Origin: Leptolyngbyaceae cyanobacterium
GTDB taxonomy: Bacteria; Cyanobacteriota; Cyanobacteriia; Phormidesmidales; Phormidesmidaceae
Direction: 5' to 3'
DNA length: 54,446 bases
Assembly: GCA_050331235.1 (NCBI GenBank)
Contig: JBHJHA010000031.1
Span: 1-54,446, forward strand
The position numbers were made by a program, and so were the translations under genes. Of the stretch, positions 53,311 through 54,446 are shown piece by piece (position 1 is the stretch's first letter; every line of letters starts with the position of its first letter). The notes under the pieces were generated by a model. It saw nothing but the letters and a program-made list of their open reading frames with translations, was not told where the DNA came from and searched no databases.

Positions 53311-53454
53311 CTAACCGAGCCATCCCACAATGTCTGTGGGAGCGGGTACCATTTCCCCCCGAAAGTCTAGTAGCTGCACAAGCAGCAGATAGCCGACCGC
53401 TAGCAGCAGCGAGATAGCGCCAGTGATGATAGCGACAATTTTGGAGCGGTTCAT
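53311..53454 (-). CDS. 47-aa single-TM small protein (below the ORF track cutoff)
   Basis: MNRSKIVAIITGAISLLLAVGYLLLVQLLDFRGEMVPAPTDIVGWLG; 9-bp stem-loop right after the stop (53279-53306). Confidence 0.75.
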   Translation of the reverse strand: MNRSKIVAIITGAISLLLAVGYLLLVQLLDFRGEMVPAPTDIVGWLG

Positions 53455-53565
53455 AATCAGGAAGTTTCCGGTACCCTAAGATACGACGTTTGCTCAGCCG
53501 GGGCGGCGATCGCGCTTCACGCATGAAGTGCCCCGCTCCCTAGCCTGACACAAAATGGTATCGCC

Positions 53566-54446
53566 ATGAGTGCTTTTGTATCTAGCTTTGTCGAAACTCC
53601 ACCTGACGCCGAGGTGCCCGCTGCGGTACAGACCTACAACCTGACTAAGACCTATCGCACTGGGTTTTGGCTCAATCAATTGGTGACACCCCTCAAGCGG
53701 TGTAGCCTCTCGGTGGCAGCAGGCGAAACCTTCGGCCTTTTAGGGCCAAATGGTGCTGGCAAAACCACGTTATTGAAACTGCTACTCGGCATCATTCGGC
53801 CCACGGAAGGCCGGGCGACGCTGCTGGGCAAGCCCGTGGGCGATCGCCCGACCAAACATCGCGTGGGCTACCTACCCGAAAATCCTTATTTTTATGACTA
53901 TCTGACCGGCAAAGAGGTGCTGCAATATACTGCAGGTCTGTTTGGTCTGTCTGCACAGCAGCAGCAACAGCGCATTGCCCTACTCCTCGACATGGTAGGG
54001 CTCGACCCCCGAGTCATTCACCGTAAACCGCTGAAAAAGTACTCTAAAGGTATGCTCCAGCGGATCGGGCTCGCCCAAGCACTGATCAATGATCCTGAGG
54101 TGGTGTTTTTAGATGAACCGATGTCGGGGCTCGATCCGACCGGGCGGTTTCGCGTCCGGGAGGTGATCATGACGCTAAAGGCCGCAGGCAAAACGATTTT
54201 TTTCAACAGTCACGTACTGTCCGACGTGGAGACCATTTGCGATCGCGTCGCCATTCTCAACCAGGGCGAACTGTTATGTGCCGGCACGTTGGACGATCTA
54301 TTGGGCACCGCCTCTCGCTATCGCGTTTCTGGGCGCGGTGGCAGTCTTGAGGTCTAAGAAAAATGGGTCTCAGATTTGCAATTCCACAAGGGACTATGGC
54401 ACAGAATTTTGAATGGTGAACCTAATAATATTCTATCGAGCTTACG
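53566..54446 (+). CDS. ABC transporter ATP-binding protein; TAA at 54355-54357 is probably premature and the frame continues past the window end
   Basis: [22 protein letters not shown] motifs; the frame after TAA reads [15 protein letters not shown].. Confidence 0.88.

Overview
This 54.4-kb window is cyanobacterial chromosome, shown by the abundant HIP1 octamer GCGATCGC and by ndhAIGE, por, nblR, nrrA, a Rubisco activase-like gene and a Flv1-type flavodiiron gene. A Leptolyngbya-like filamentous strain is plausible but only inferred. The window opens inside the left end of an IS1-family element that the ORF track missed. Most of it is housekeeping and regulatory genes: ftsH, two NAD kinases, ureD, rlmB/mini-RNase III, pirin/LysR, a DXCF-cyanobacteriochrome diguanylate cyclase, phosphoketolase, nagA, dnaK and a CrtH-like oxidoreductase. 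No CRISPR array, rRNA or tRNA was seen, and no convincing multi-gene novel system. The best leads are: (1) a pseudo-adenylate-kinase–thioredoxin (WCGSC) fusion; (2) a solitary DUF262 + degenerate-HNH defence-like gene; (3) a STAS gene that apparently starts at ATC; (4) an RluA-family protein lacking the catalytic Asp; (5) a doubled ATGC-N7-GCAT (NtcB-type) palindrome before a NirB-like gene; (6) a palindrome/repeat cluster upstream of the photoreceptor DGC; and (7) an AT-rich histidine kinase with no HIP1 site found, split by one amber codon. Two in-frame stops and clustered nagA substitutions may be consensus errors. All family calls come from motif recognition, not database searches.
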